Of a DNA stretch of 64,000 nucleotides, positions 38,101-51,292 are shown in pieces. Origin of the DNA: Chiloscyllium plagiosum. Taxonomy: Eukaryota. Every line of letters starts with the position of its first letter. Position 1 is the stretch's first letter. Location: contig NC_057719.1 of NCBI RefSeq assembly GCF_004010195.1, positions 15,329,545-15,393,544 of the forward strand, read 5' to 3'. The position numbers were made by a program, and so were the translations under genes. The notes under the pieces were generated by a model. It was not told where the DNA came from, made no database searches, and saw only the letters and a program-made list of their open reading frames with translations.

Positions 38101-38202
38101 AGCATGCAAGTTTCTTTGTGGATTGTTATTGTAAATTATCTTTCTCTCCTGTTTTGCAAATTTGGCATATAGCATCAGATACTTGGAAATTGTTCTATTG
38201 TA

Positions 38203-38419
38203 CAGGTAGTTCTTTTATAACGCGATGGTTACATTCTTGTGCAACCCGACATTACAGAAAAATCACATTTTAGAATTATGATTCAAATGCTGGTGATATA
38301 ACTGTGTTACAGTCACACATGTTCTAAAAGTTTGTGCTTTAGAAATAGTCTCCCCAATTAATCAATCGCATTACAGTAAATTTGTGTTACCGAAATGCGT
38401 GCTACAGCAGAACGACCTG
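38203..38419. mobile_element. Tc1/mariner (pogo/Tigger-like) MITE, 217 bp
   Basis: TA|CAGGTAGTTCT ... AGAACGACCTG|TA: terminal inverted repeats with TA duplication. Confidence 0.75.
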
Positions 38420-39089
38420 TACTTACTGCTTTAAAAAATAAATTATTAATTCATCAACTTCACCATATTAAAAAGAGTTATGGAATGGAGTATAATTTTA
38501 AATCATTCGCTGAAAGAATATCGGACAGCAGGTTCTTTTTGCTTATGTAGACCCCTTGTCGTGGTGTCACTGATTTATACAGACAAATCTTCAAATATTT
38601 TAGCTAGGTTCATAGCACCTTAAGGAACTCATAACATGATTAATCAAAGTACCTGGTTCTCGATCTTCCCAAAACTACTGAACTTGAGTCATTGATGACT
38701 GAACCAAAGACTGAGGTAATGTTCTGGAAACCCAGATTTGAATACCATAGCAGCAGAAGATGAAGGTTGAATTCATTTTTTTTTTTAGAAATAAAAGATA
38801 GCCATGAACCCTTGATTGTAAAAATCCCACAGGTCATTAATTTCCTTACCTCATCTGGTTTATTGTGACTGCAGAACCACAGCCACATGGTTGATGTCAG
38901 ATGATTTTGATTTACTAACTTGATATGTTGTCTGACTACTGAAATTGCCATCATGGAAAAGACAGAAGATGATTATTTGAATGTAAAGGCTGGTGAAGTA
39001 GAAAGGGAACACTTTTTCTGGGAGGGAAAAGGATGGGAGCACATATGCAGAAAATGGGTTGGACATGGCTGAGAGCTCAACATTTAAAG

Positions 39090-40225
39090 GATCATTCCCT
39101 CTGCCATTTCTGCCACTTTCAGCAGCAAGCACCAAACAAACACATCATCTCCTCCCCTCCCTTTGTCAGCATTTTACAGGAACTCCACAATATCCCGGTT
39201 CGATCCTCCATTACTGCAAACAACTCCAAACCCACTCAGTGGCACCTTCCCATTCAAACACAGAAGGTGTAACACTTTCTCTTCTACCTCTTCCTTCCTC
39301 TCTGTTCGAGGTCCAAAACATGCTTTTTATGGGAAATGACGATTTATTTTTATTTCTTTCAACCTTGTCTACATCATTTCTGATTTCCGTGAGGTTTTCT
39401 TTAAATTGGTGAGAACAAATGTCAACTGGTTGATTGCTTGGTGGAACACCTCTGATCTGATCTGTCTGTAAGAATGACACTGAACCTTCCAGTTGCTTGC
39501 CCTTGTACACCAGCTTGCTCTCATGCTAACATTTCTGACCAAAGCTTGTTGCAATGTTCTAATCAAGCACAACACAAGCTGAAGAAACAGGTATTCATTT
39601 TCCACTCAGGCACTTTACAGCCTTCGGGACTTGGTACTAGAGTTCAATAACCTCATGCAGTGAATATTATCCTCGAATTTGATTATTACCTTCTCAAGAA
39701 CTTACTTTTGCTTTGCATACTCTTAATATCTGTTATGCTTTCACCCTTTTGTCATTCAACAAATTTTCTAGCACCTTCGGTTCCAAATAATCATTACATT
39801 GGACTCATATAATCATTACAATGACTGCTTCTCTTTCCACAGATGCTGCCAAACGTGTTGCGTTTCTCCAGCACTTTCTGCTTTTGTTGTGGCTCTGATT
39901 CCCTCCTTGCTGCTTGTTCCTGACTCTGAAGCTACTATCTCCTCTCTGGCTGCTCTAACTGACCAATTCTGACTTTTCCCTCACTGCTTCTGACTCAAAA
40001 GCTGCTCTTTCCACCCCTAATGCTGTCACTGAAGTAAGGATCTTAAAGCAAGCCTTTTATAATCAAATTCTGGTCTGAATTAGTAAGTCACTCAATGGGA
40101 GAAAGTGAGGACTGCAGATGCTGGAGACCAGAGTTGAAAAATGTGGTGCTGGAAAAACACAACAGGCCAGGCAACATCCCAGGAGCAGGAGAATCGACGT
40201 TTCGGGCATAAGCCCTTCTTCAGGT
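39090..40225. mobile_element. Degenerate PLE GIY-YIG fragment (+) followed by a PLE terminal repeat (-, 40098-40224)
   Basis: Similarity to 28555-29530; hammerhead motif at 40196-40223(-). Confidence 0.6.
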
Positions 40226-42784
40226 TCCAAATAATCATTATATTGGACTCAAAACTGCTTCTCTTTCCACAGTCAATATGTGATTTTTGCTTTGGTTTAC
40301 GTAGGATATATGGCACACAAATAGTCCATATCAGCATTTATACTCAACACGAGAGTCCCAATTTTCTTTCGAAATATTAATTTCCTTCTTAAAAGTTCAT
40401 TGCTTTCCTTAAAATGCATTTCTACAATTTACTTGAACCACTCTGCTAGCAAAAATTCCATATTTGCCAATCTTTGGGTTTCGCCTGAATGCCTAAATTG
40501 GATTTTCTGGTTGCTATTTTGTATTGTGGCTTCCAGTCATATGCTAACTCCTTCAGACACATTCTGTATCCAATTTATCAAAACCTTCCATCGTTCTAAA
40601 GATTTGGGGTGTTTCATTTAAGACTGATATGAAAAAATTCTTCTCCCAGAGAGTGATGAGCCTGTGGAATTCACTACACAGAAAACAGTTGAGGCCAAAA
40701 TGTTGAATGGTATCAAGAAGGAGACCGATATAGTGCTTGGGGCTAAAGAGATAAAAGGGTGTAGGCAAAAGTGGGAATAAGAAATGTGAGTAGGGTGATC
40801 AGGCATAGTTATATTGAATGGTGGAACAGGCTGAAAGATTGAAATGGCCTACTCCTGTTCTTAGAAACTTTGTTTTTTTTTCCGAATATGAATGCCCACT
40901 CATTCTGGTATTTGTTTTTATGATAAATAATAAATTCTTAATGGTGTAAAGTACCTGAGTGAGCAAGGTATGACACATTGGTCCTGGGTGTTCCAATTGT
41001 GAACCTTGGATCCCGGCATAGGAAACCTAAGCAATTTCTCCTGACTGCAGCTTGTTGCATATACCACTTAGGTAACAGTGATAGGAATCTTGCACAAAAT
41101 GGATTTAGGTCTTGTCCGGTTAGAGGAAGTATTGGTCTTTGAGCCATTAAACAGGAGAAATTAATCAAAATCTGTGCCTATTTCCTGGCTTGTTGCAAGT
41201 GATACATTACAGTGTCAATAGCAGCCTCAAAACAAATTATTCTTGAAGTATACTTCACGTCAATAGAGGAGGAATTTACCAAAGAATTGATGATACAACT
41301 GTAGCCTGCAAGAATTTAGAATGATGAACAAGCAAATATATATAGTTAACAAGGTTATCATCAATTCCATGCAATCAGTCAGATTACAAGCATTACAAAG
41401 TATTTGCAGCATGAAAAGAGACCATTTTGCCTCGATAGATCATGTATGTGTGATTTTGTATCTCCTTTTCTAACCTCATTATTAGTTCAGGCAATATCTG
41501 AACAATGAAAAGTTTTTAATCTATTTCTCTGCAGCTGAGCATTTTCAGTTTGTGTGTGTAGCATCCTTGTAATTTTTTTTCTGATCAATGTATCCTTCCA
41601 TTTCTTTTTCATGTGCTTACATAACTTCCCTTGAATGCATTTATACTATTTACCTTAATTATTCCCTGCACTTCTAAGTTTCACATTCCAACATTCTCTG
41701 TCTTGATAAAGACGTTAATCATGCATTTATTATTGTATGGCAATTCTCACATTCATGAGTTATATTCAGCAGCACCTTTGACCTGAATAATAACTTGGTT
41801 TCCCTCCAATGATGACTTTCCGTCAGATTCTTCATTGACCTGAAAATTAATTGTCTCTCTCTATAGATGTTGTCTCACCTGCAGATTATTATCAATAGCT
41901 GTGTTTTTAGTTCAGCATTCCAATATTTTGCTTTTGTTGAAAAATTTAATGTCCTGGCTGAGATCTTGAGATTAAAAATGTCTGATTAATATATGTATAA
42001 TTTTTAGAGTTTGGATTTCAAAGTAGTAGCAAATAGACATTTCTTTTCAGATTTACCAAAAAAGGTCAGTGTTTCTGGAACATTGATTTAATACAGTATG
42101 TGTAAAAGAGCAGGGATCCCTGTTAATGGAAGATTATTTGCAAGGTTTACTGTGTAATGTTTACAACTGTGAATGTAAAGATTGATAGCTATTGGTTTGG
42201 TTTTGGTTTATGATTATGAAGGATTGATTTTAACTTAGAAAACATAGAGACAGGAAGATATCGAGCAATTTTGGAGGAGACCTGATGATCAGAAGCACAA
42301 TATAATTTCTCATCTCAAAGGGATATAGAACAGCTAAAGCAATCAATCACTTTTTGAAGTTTAGTTTGTCCAAATCAAGCGTGTTTGGTTAGAAATTGGC
42401 AGACTTTTAAAGATTGGAAAAATCTAAACTTTCAATTTTAAGAGTATTCTGATGAGATGATTTCACAGTTCATAGAAAAATAACAGGAAAGAATCAATTA
42501 AGTATTGCTTAAAGGTTTGAGATTGAGGGGTATTTTACAAACTGTAAAGTGATTGTGTTGGGAATACTTGATACGTTCTGCCAAGTGTTTTAGGAGCATT
42601 TTTCTTCTGTATAATATTGTTTAATTATTAAAGAAAATATCAAGCCATGCATTCAGTAAATTACCATAGTTAAATTAAGCTAGTATGATCAGACCAGATC
42701 CCATTCTGGCTTGTCCAGTCGTAATTTCAGCGAGGACAATAATAGTCTCATTAGCGGAAATTGGAAACACTATTTTTAAATGGT

Positions 42785-43330
42785 TTTGGGAAGACCATTA
42801 ACATGAAAACAGACTCTTCGGTCCAACTCCTAGATATCCTCAATAAATCTAGTTCCATTTGCTGGCATTTGGCCCATAAACCTCTAAACGCTTCCTATTC
42901 ATATATCCATTCAATTATGTACCCATCCAGATGCCTTTTAACTGTATTAGCTTCCAATATTTCATCTGGCAGTTCGTTCCATACATGCAACACCTGTGTG
43001 AAAAAGTTGCCCCATAAGACCCTCTTAAATCTTTTGCCTCTCACCTTAAACCTATGCCCTCTAGTTTTGGACTCCCCCACCCTTTGCCTATTTACCCTAT
43101 CCATGCCCGTCATGATTTTATAAACCTCTATAAGGTCACCCCTCTGCCTCTGATACTCCAGGGAAAACAGCCGCAGCCTATTCAGCCTCTCCCTACAGCT
43201 CAAACTCTCCAATCCTGACACCATCCTTGTAAATCTTTTCTGAACCATTTCAAGTTTCACAACATCTTTCCTAGAGCAGGGAAACCAGAATTGAATACAG
43301 TAGTACAAAGGTGGTCCAGCCAATGTACAC
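42785..43330 (-). mobile_element. CR1 3' fragment
   Basis: ORF 42895-43323 (YCIQFWFP..RERLNRLRLFSLE..WNELP). Confidence 0.85.
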
Positions 43331-44119
43331 TGATAAATACTTATTAAATGTTAAGAGGGTTTCTGCCTCTACCATCCTAACAGGCAGTGAGTTCCAGATT
43401 CTCATCATCATTGAAGTGAAAATGTTTTTCCTCACATCTTTTAAATCTATTTTCCCTGGGTATTCAGCCCTCAGAGAGAAAAGTTTATTTTTATCTACTC
43501 TATCTATGTTGCTTAGTTTAGTTGTCTGATAGCTGGTTTGCGGTACAATGATGCCAACAGAGTAGGTTCAATTCTTGAACTGGCTTTGGTTATCATGAAG
43601 GACTCTCCTTCTCTACCTCTCCCCTCACCCAAAGTTTAGTGATCCTCAGGTTAAGCCACCACCAGTTATCTCTATTCTCTAATTTACGGTCCAATAGAAT
43701 TATGGTGACTTTTTAATTTGTATGCTTCACAATTTTATACATGCCAATAATGTCCCTTTTCAAACTCCTTTGCTTTAGAGAAAAGAACCCCCAGTTTACC
43801 CCAAACAAAAACAGAAATCGCTGGACAAACTCAGCAGTATCTGTGGAGAGAAAGCAGAGTTAAAATTTCAGGTCAAATGACTCCTCTTCAGAATCTAGTT
43901 TGCACCATCTCGCTTCATAACTGAAGGTCTGCAGCTTTGGTGACATCCCGAAGACATCTGAGTTCTGAGGAAGGGTCACTTGACCCTAAACGTAAACTCT
44001 GATGTCTTTTCACAGATGCTGCCAGAGTTGCTAAGCTTTTCCAAACATTTCTGGGTTTCTTCTTGAAAACATCTGTCAGGATATTATTACATAACTCTGG
44101 CTTGGTGGATTTGAACCTG

Positions 44120-44552
44120 GATCGCCGGGATAGGGACGCTACGAATGTACCACAAGAGAGCACAGCCCTTGCTGCAGCTTGTTGTGCCTGTAACAAAGAT
44201 GGCGCTCCCAACCTTTCAAATAGTCTTCTTGAAAATCTCATTGACCATGCCGTCGTAAAGCAGATCAGAAATGCATTGTGCCTGGCGTTTGCGACTGCAG
44301 CTGACGCACGTTGCGTGGGCGAGGGAGCGTGACGCGATGACGTAGACCACCAGTGTTTTCCCTGGTTCTTCGTGTAATGGCGCCGGTCATCGAAGAATGT
44401 AGGAGAGACTGAAATATTGATCGCGTGTCGTGGATATTTCGGCTCCGATTCGACAGGGTAGCCTGTCAGGATTTTAATAATACCCATCATATTTTGCTCC
44501 CATCAAGTTATTTTCGCCGGTTGAAGTTGTTTGAAGATAGACCTCAGACCCG
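44120..44552 (+). promoter_or_regulatory. YLPM1 CpG-rich promoter and 5' UTR
   Basis: CpG enrichment; YY1-like AAGATGGCG (44196-44204); paired CRE-like TGACGC/TGACGTA (44330-44344). Confidence 0.75.
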
Positions 44553-44999
44553 ATGTATCCGTCATGGGGTCGGTATGGTGGGGGAGGGGCACACCTTCCG
44601 TATTATGGCGGAGCCGCTCAGCCTCCACTACCACCAGGGCCCCGTGTGCCGGCTCCGGGCATGGTGGTTGGCGTTGGCTCCACCCTGAGCCCTACCACCG
44701 TACCCCCGCCCGTCTCCGGGGCCGGTTTAGCGTCCAACTTCCAGACCCTCCGGCAACAGCACCTTCAGCAGATGCAGCAGCTGCAACAAATGCACCAGCA
44801 GCAGTTACAGTCAGTGCTGCAGCATCCTGCCCATCAAAACCTTCCACCTCCGTCCATACCGCCACCACCATTGCCGCCTCATCTACAGCAACCTCCACCA
44901 CCTCAAAATCTCTGGGACACCAGCAATACCCAAAACCAACTAACTCAGACTAACCAACCCACTCAACAACATCCAGATTTCTCCTCCGTGGCTTTACAG
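44553..44999 (+). CDS. YLPM1: YLPM1 (YLP motif-containing protein 1, ZAP3) coding exon 1, 149 codons
   Basis: MYPSWGRYGG start, then FQTLRQQHLQQMQQLQQMHQQQLQSVLQ and Pro-rich tracts characteristic of YLPM1; phase-0 donor CAG|GTGAGA; syntenic downstream of FCF1. No further exon was recognised up to 64000. Confidence 0.93.
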
Positions 45000-47590
45000 G
45001 TGAGATGAAGGAAAAGGAAACGACAAAACCATTTCAGACATGTTGCTACTTAAAAGGCTTTAAAATATATGCTCTATCAAATATTTAGAAATGTAGAGAT
45101 CAGCCAGTGTCTAAAATTGCAAATAAAGCAACTGCGAATGCTGGAGATCTGAAACAAAAGCAAATTGCTGGAGAGAGTCAGTAGGTCTGGCATCGTCTGT
45201 GCAGATAAAGCAGGGTTAATCTTTCAAGTACAGTGATTTCTTCAGAACTGATAGCTAGGAAACAAAATATAGTTTACTAGATGTCAGACTGCACCTTTAA
45301 TATATATGAAAGTGAAGTACTGTAGATACATCAAATCTGTTAATGTTTTCACTCAGATCTGACATCTACTTTATTTTCTGTTCGAAATTTGGATAGGTGG
45401 TTGTAGAGTAGAGAGAACCAAGATTATATTGCACTGTTGGCTTGTGATCTCTCTTGAGCCCTTCAAACAAGTCTTGAGAAAGGTTGTGACAGTCTGATGT
45501 AGAACTTAAAGGGAAAAATACCTGATCAGTTAGAAGGCCAAATTTGTATTTACCTGTTGGATGTTAAATATAGTATAGATATCCACGGATTAGGTGGAGT
45601 ATAAAGTTCTATGCCCTGTTAGGTCATAGTGACAGAAAATGCACAAGTGGAATCAGTTTTCAGATTGATTTTCCATTTCCCTCTTTGTTTCCCCTCCATC
45701 AGTTTCACCTGATGGGAGAATATGTTGGTGACCTATCAGATTTTTTTTGTTCTTAAGGCAGTTGATTTGGGAGTTTTATGTAACAGTGAATCAGACAGCT
45801 AGCCTTTCCATGTTTTTAGAGAGAGTCTAGTTTCTGATGCTGCTTGAAGATGTCTTTATTGAGAATGGGAATTCTTTTCTGTTCTAATCATGAATTGGAT
45901 TTTTCCTGAGTCATCAAATTTGTTGTTAGAAAGTTTGTGATTTTAAAAAGATGAGTGAAAATGCTGGATAACCTTAGAAAAAAGTGTAGGAGTTGAAACA
46001 ACAGAATATTCCTTGAGAATTTGTTTTTAAAGACTTGAACCTTTTCATTTCAGGGTGTTGGTAAGGAACAATTTTTAAAATCTCTTATTTGTGGCAGGAT
46101 TAAGTAATGCATTTTTGGTGTGCAGTAACAGTGGGTGACAGTTATCCATTGTCAGTGAAGATGATATATTAAGCCTGACATTGTTTGAAATGTAAATCAC
46201 CAAAGTTGACAGTACCAAGTCAATGCTGCAGGTTTTTATTCCTAATTTTTAAAAAAGTGTTCATTTCTCTAACTAAAGCTGAAGATTTTTTTGTCATCTA
46301 TAGAAAATAATTACTACGCCTTTTTGTGAATCTTTGTAAAAAAGCTTATTGCTGACTTGTATTGGATCTAGTATGTAATTCCTGTATCGGTAGCCTGGCA
46401 ATGCTGTGTATATTTGGGTGAAATTGTGCAATGAGTCTATCTGTTGTACGTCTCGGCTGAAGAAATGTTCTTTTTGTTGGTGTCATCCACTGGTTGAAAT
46501 TGGCAAGTCTATGTCCATAATTAACATAGAAAAAGAGTAGGAGTAGGCCATTTCGCCCTTACAGTCTATTTTGTCGTTCAGTATGATCATGGATAATCAT
46601 CTAACTCTGTAGCCTATTTCAGATTCCGGCCAGTTAAATGTTTTGACCTCAACTACTTTTTGGGGAAGAGAATTCACATTGATAGATACTACAAAATATT
46701 CAAGATGAAGTTTAAAATAATCACCAAGTTTCACTCAGCGTACTTTGCTAGCTTATATTGGCTCGTGGCATCAGATTTAAAACCACTATTTATGTTTCTC
46801 ATTGATTTGATTTGACTCATCTCTGCTTTTGTAATGACCAGAACTACGCTACAACATCCTGCAGCTCCTGACCAGCAAACTTTGTTCCACTGACTCTCAT
46901 GCCTTCCATTTACTCCCACCATTGGCAGCTGTGCTTTGACTGGTATAGGTCCATGCTCTTGAAATTAATTGAATTGAATTTATTGTCACATGTGCCGAGG
47001 CACAGTGAAAAGCTTTGTCTTGCGAGCAATACAGGCAGATCACATAGTTAAATAACATAGATAAGTAAATAATAGGTAAACAGCAGTAAAAACCAAAACA
47101 CAGGTACAGGCAAATGCGAAACGTTTGAGAGTCCATTATCAGAAGAGCTTCAAACCTGTGAGTTTAGATAAAACATAGTTATTAGTAAGTTTTTAAAGTA
47201 TGCTATTAAGTTTAGAGTGTAGGACGATTGTAGTAAATAGGGAACGTAGATCTGCACGCAGGAGCTTGCAAGGAGTTGACCATATCTGGTGCCATCTTGC
47301 ATCCATAAATCCCCTCCACCCTTCTTTCTCAAAGTCCCCCATAAAACCACTCAAGCTTTTTAATCATCCCTCCTAATATATTTTGTTTCAATCTGAAAGA
47401 GATGCTGTTGCAGTTTACTTAACTTTGAGTGATTATCTTTCAATGATGCAAACAATTTAGGTAAAATGATTCTTGAAAGATGGAATAAACTCTAGTGCTC
47501 ACCAATTACTTTGCTCGGCTCTGCATTCTTAGTTGTTAGTGTTTATGTTCACACCATCCTGAATAATTCTCAAGGAAGAAGGAAATACTT

Positions 47591-47922
47591 GGGCGGCACG
47601 GTGGCACAGTGGTTAGCACTGCTGCCTCACAGCGCCAGAGACCTGGGTTCAATTCCCGCCTCAGGCGACTGACTGTGTGGAGTTTGCACGTTCTTCCCGT
47701 GTCTGCGTGGATTTCCTTCGGGTGCTCCGGTTTCCTCCCACAGTCCAAAGATGTGCAGGTCAGGTGAATTGGCCATGCTAAATTGCCCGTAGTGTTAGGT
47801 AGGGGGTAAAAGTAAGGGTATGGGCGGGTGGTTACGCTTCGGCGGGTCGGTGTGGACTTGTTGGGCCGAAGGGCCTGTTTCCACACTGTAATGTAATGTA
47901 ATCTAATCTAATATAATCTAAT
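47591..47922 (+). mobile_element. tRNA-derived SINE of the V-SINE/HE1 type
   Basis: A box TGGCACAGTGG, B box GGTTCAATTCC, V-domain TGTGTGGAGTTTGCACGTTCT..GGGTGCTCCGGTTTCCTCCCACAGTCCAAAGA, CR1-like 3' end and (TGTAA/TCTAA)n tail. Confidence 0.88.
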
Positions 47923-48399
47923 CTTATTACATTTATACCTCTCAGATCGCAGAACGTCAACCTATGAAATGGCTTTAAGTTAATTTCCTGAATCTTGTTG
48001 AATAATAGGTGGAGTTTCAAGGCTCCTTAATTCTATTGAACTTCTTAACTTTTCTCTGCATTTTTTATTTCACAAGTATTAGAAATATTGTAACTGTCAC
48101 TGACAATTGTTACAGGCAGAGTGGAAAACTTCTTCATAACGTACTCAAAGGCATCTTTTTCACTTTCTTTTCTCTATGCTGTCATTGTACTATGTTTTGT
48201 TGCTGGTCTGAAAAATGTGGCACAAGGTGCTTTGTTTTATAATACTTCTTGATGACTGGGCAGGAATACATATTGAGTTACAGTGCTGCCCCAAAGAGCT
48301 TCATTATTTGTTTTACTATTTCTGATTTACCGTGAACAATATGTCAGCAATACGGCAGCTTGTTTTCAACATGAAATAACAGTGATATAGTCCATCTCT

Positions 48400-49750
48400 G
48401 ACCAATGAGCTGTTGAAGTGTACAGTTAAGTACCTGGCATAGTGTTGTTTGTCATAAAAGCTGACTTGGATGTATTGTATACTTTGCTTGGCATGGGATC
48501 CCCTCTAGGCTTAGCTCTTGTTAGCATCTTTCTTGATGACAATGAGAAGAGCATCTTTGACCACCAACCTCCTACACTTTTCATCTTTCCAATATAACAA
48601 ATTTGCAATAATTCAGTCCACAGCAGCATCAAAGAAGGTGTTTATACAGCTTAATAAACTTTGTTCCATTTCAGTGGTAAATTTGAGTGCAATCAAGTGA
48701 GCTTTCCTTCCTTGAAGTATTCATTGCAATGTCTGGAAATTGTTTCTTAACTATTATCTACTGAAAGCCTATGTTCACCAGTCAATATACAAATTGAGAT
48801 TTCTACAGTTTCACGAGACAAGATAAATTTTATTGGCAACTTCTTGAATAGGATCTTAGCCATCTGCTGACCTTGTAAGCTTGATACTGGGACAGAGCAT
48901 ATCAAAACTATCCTGTGAGATTACAATACCCTGATCAAATCAATACTAGGAGAAAGTGAGGACTGCAGATGCTAGAGATCAGAGTCAAAAAGTGAGGTGC
49001 AAGAAAAGCACAGCTGGTCAGGCAGCATCCAAGGAGCAGTAAAGAGCTTATGCTCAAAACAGTGAATCTCCTGCTCCATGGGAGCTGCCTGACCGGCTGT
49101 GCTTTTCTAGCACCACACTTTTTGACTCGGATCAATACTAGTAAATTGCAATTAGCAGTTACAATATTTATAATGCTTGTGAAAAAATTTTGGGGATAGG
49201 ACCCAAGTCCACCACTTTTGGTCCTGAGTGGTGCCCAGTTTACCTCATTATCCTAGAAGAGGAAGGTGTTCCAAATTTTGAGCAAGCCAAGCAAACTGTC
49301 TCAATACTGCTACAGTACAGTAATTCAGTGAGTGGTTTTCTCCACTGACAGGATGCCGCCATCAAGCCAAAATGACTTTTTGCCTACCACACAAATAAAT
49401 AATGTGATATGAATTTGAGTACTAAAGTGATGCTAGGCTAAGTAGGCTGTGTCCCCCAATGACTGACGGACCAAATCAAATAATGTTTATTTTTGACTGT
49501 TTGCAGCTGGCAGCATGCTGCTCGTGTTCAACCAACCTATAATTGCAAACCTCAAGAAAGTGTAACCATTAGATATTATTTTATTATTGGAAGTAATTTA
49601 TTAAATAATCCAGACTATGCTGAGAAATAATACCAGAAACCAATTTTATATCATGAGTCAAGCTCATAGTTGATCCATTTGTGTGTGCTAAAAACTTTAC
49701 ACATAATTATTCTGGGCTGCGTTTTATGAAGGAATTTGTACATTGTGGCT
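48400..49750 (+). mobile_element. Old Penelope-like RT/endonuclease remnant with a nested PLE hairpin (48950-49130)
   Basis: GGCATGGGATCCCCTCTAGGC (GMGSPLG RT motif); the nested hairpin has TSD ATCAATACTAG at 48939-48949 and 49131-49141. Confidence 0.6.
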
Positions 49751-51292
49751 TTTTAAAAAAAAGAATCGAGGGAGCAAAGCCCTGCTGAACCCTGTACCAA
49801 TGTCCGAATCAATTAGTGTCTGGTCAGAGAATTAAGATTGACAGTTAACTGTTCTTGCTGCATTCTCATGCTAATGATGGCCTAATTAATCAGCTCCATC
49901 TTGTTCTGTATTAAATGGTGTGTTTCTTTTCAAGTTTGCACCTTGTGTCCAAGTTGTTATGACTGTTAAAAGCTTTAACTTCTAGGCTCTTTTTAGCTAT
50001 CTTTCAGCTCGATTCTGAATGAGTTGCAGTCCTTGAAAAATAGAAATTAAGAAGCATCCTGGGACATTCCATCCTTGGATATGATGAAAAAGTAGAGTGA
50101 GGTTGAAGAATGGATGTGCGGTAGAAGTCTATTTGTGCAAGTTATGAGCATCTTTGCTGATAAACTGATGCATAGTTAAAAAGATTCACTTGGTTAATTG
50201 GGCTGAGGTTGTGTCCTGCTAGATTGTCTCGAAGAAAAACACAGCTAAGCTGGTTGATAAAATTGAAGCATGAAAGTGTGGTTTTGGTTTTGCCACTGAG
50301 GTGATTTGATTCATTGAGATCTGAATTTTGGTTCTTAGATGACAATTTTGAGATTGATGTTGGCTTACATTGAATAAATTCATAGAATTGAAGTACAAAA
50401 ATGCTATTTGTCTGATCAGCGAAGCTGATTCATTGAGACTGAATTAGTGCATGTAAATAACAAACACAAGATCACCAACAGTAAAGATGCATGGCATATC
50501 TTGTCCACTTTATAGAAAATTAACTATTTTAAAACATTAATTTGTTTCATTTCAAATGCTGTTAAATTAGGAAGAACTTTGCTTAATCCCCTTTACAGAT
50601 TATATTTCTACATAATCTTATTATCTTTGAAAAGCAGTAACGTGAAAATATTAAACAAAACGAAAACCTCAAAGGACTATGGATGATGGAAATCTGAAAT
50701 AAAATCAGAAGTTGCTGGAAAACTCAGTGGGTCTGCTAGCATCTGGGGAGAGAAAGCAGAGTTAATGTTTTGAGTCCAGTGATAATTCAAAACCTTTCCG
50801 TTCTGAAGAAGTGTCACTGGACCCCAACTTGTTAACTCTGCTACCTTCCATAGATGCTACTAAACGCATTGTAGGCCATAATATCACTGTGATTGAGGAA
50901 ATAGTGGTAAAGATCAGATTGGCCTAGCTATTCCTTCCTTTGAAACCGTAAAACAAAATTTAGGCTGGCAGCATCTGTGAAGAAATTCAAAGTTAATATT
51001 TCAGGTCCTGTGACCCTTCCCCCAGAACTGGACCTGAAATGTTAACTTTGAGTTCTTTTCACAGATGCTGTCAGACCTGCTGAGCTTTTCCAGCAGCTTC
51101 TGTTTTTGTTGTTGGTTACCTCGGTTGGCTGGATGGCTAATTTGCATTGCATAGTGATGCCTTCAGCGTGGGTTCAATTTCTGTACTGCTGAGGTCACCA
51201 TGAAGGACCCGTCTTGTCAGCCTGATGTGAGGTGACCCTCTGGTTAAACTCTACACTAGATATCTCTCTTTAATGAGAAAACAGCCCTAAGG

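Noticed and set aside
43915-44953. Alternative ORFs overlapping the YLPM1 promoter and exon 1 (191 aa minus, 140 aa plus)
   Set aside because: GC-rich, low-complexity shadow frames, partly running into a PLE repeat.
47591-47665. tRNA gene
   Set aside because: tRNA-like head of a V-SINE, continuous with the SINE body and tail.
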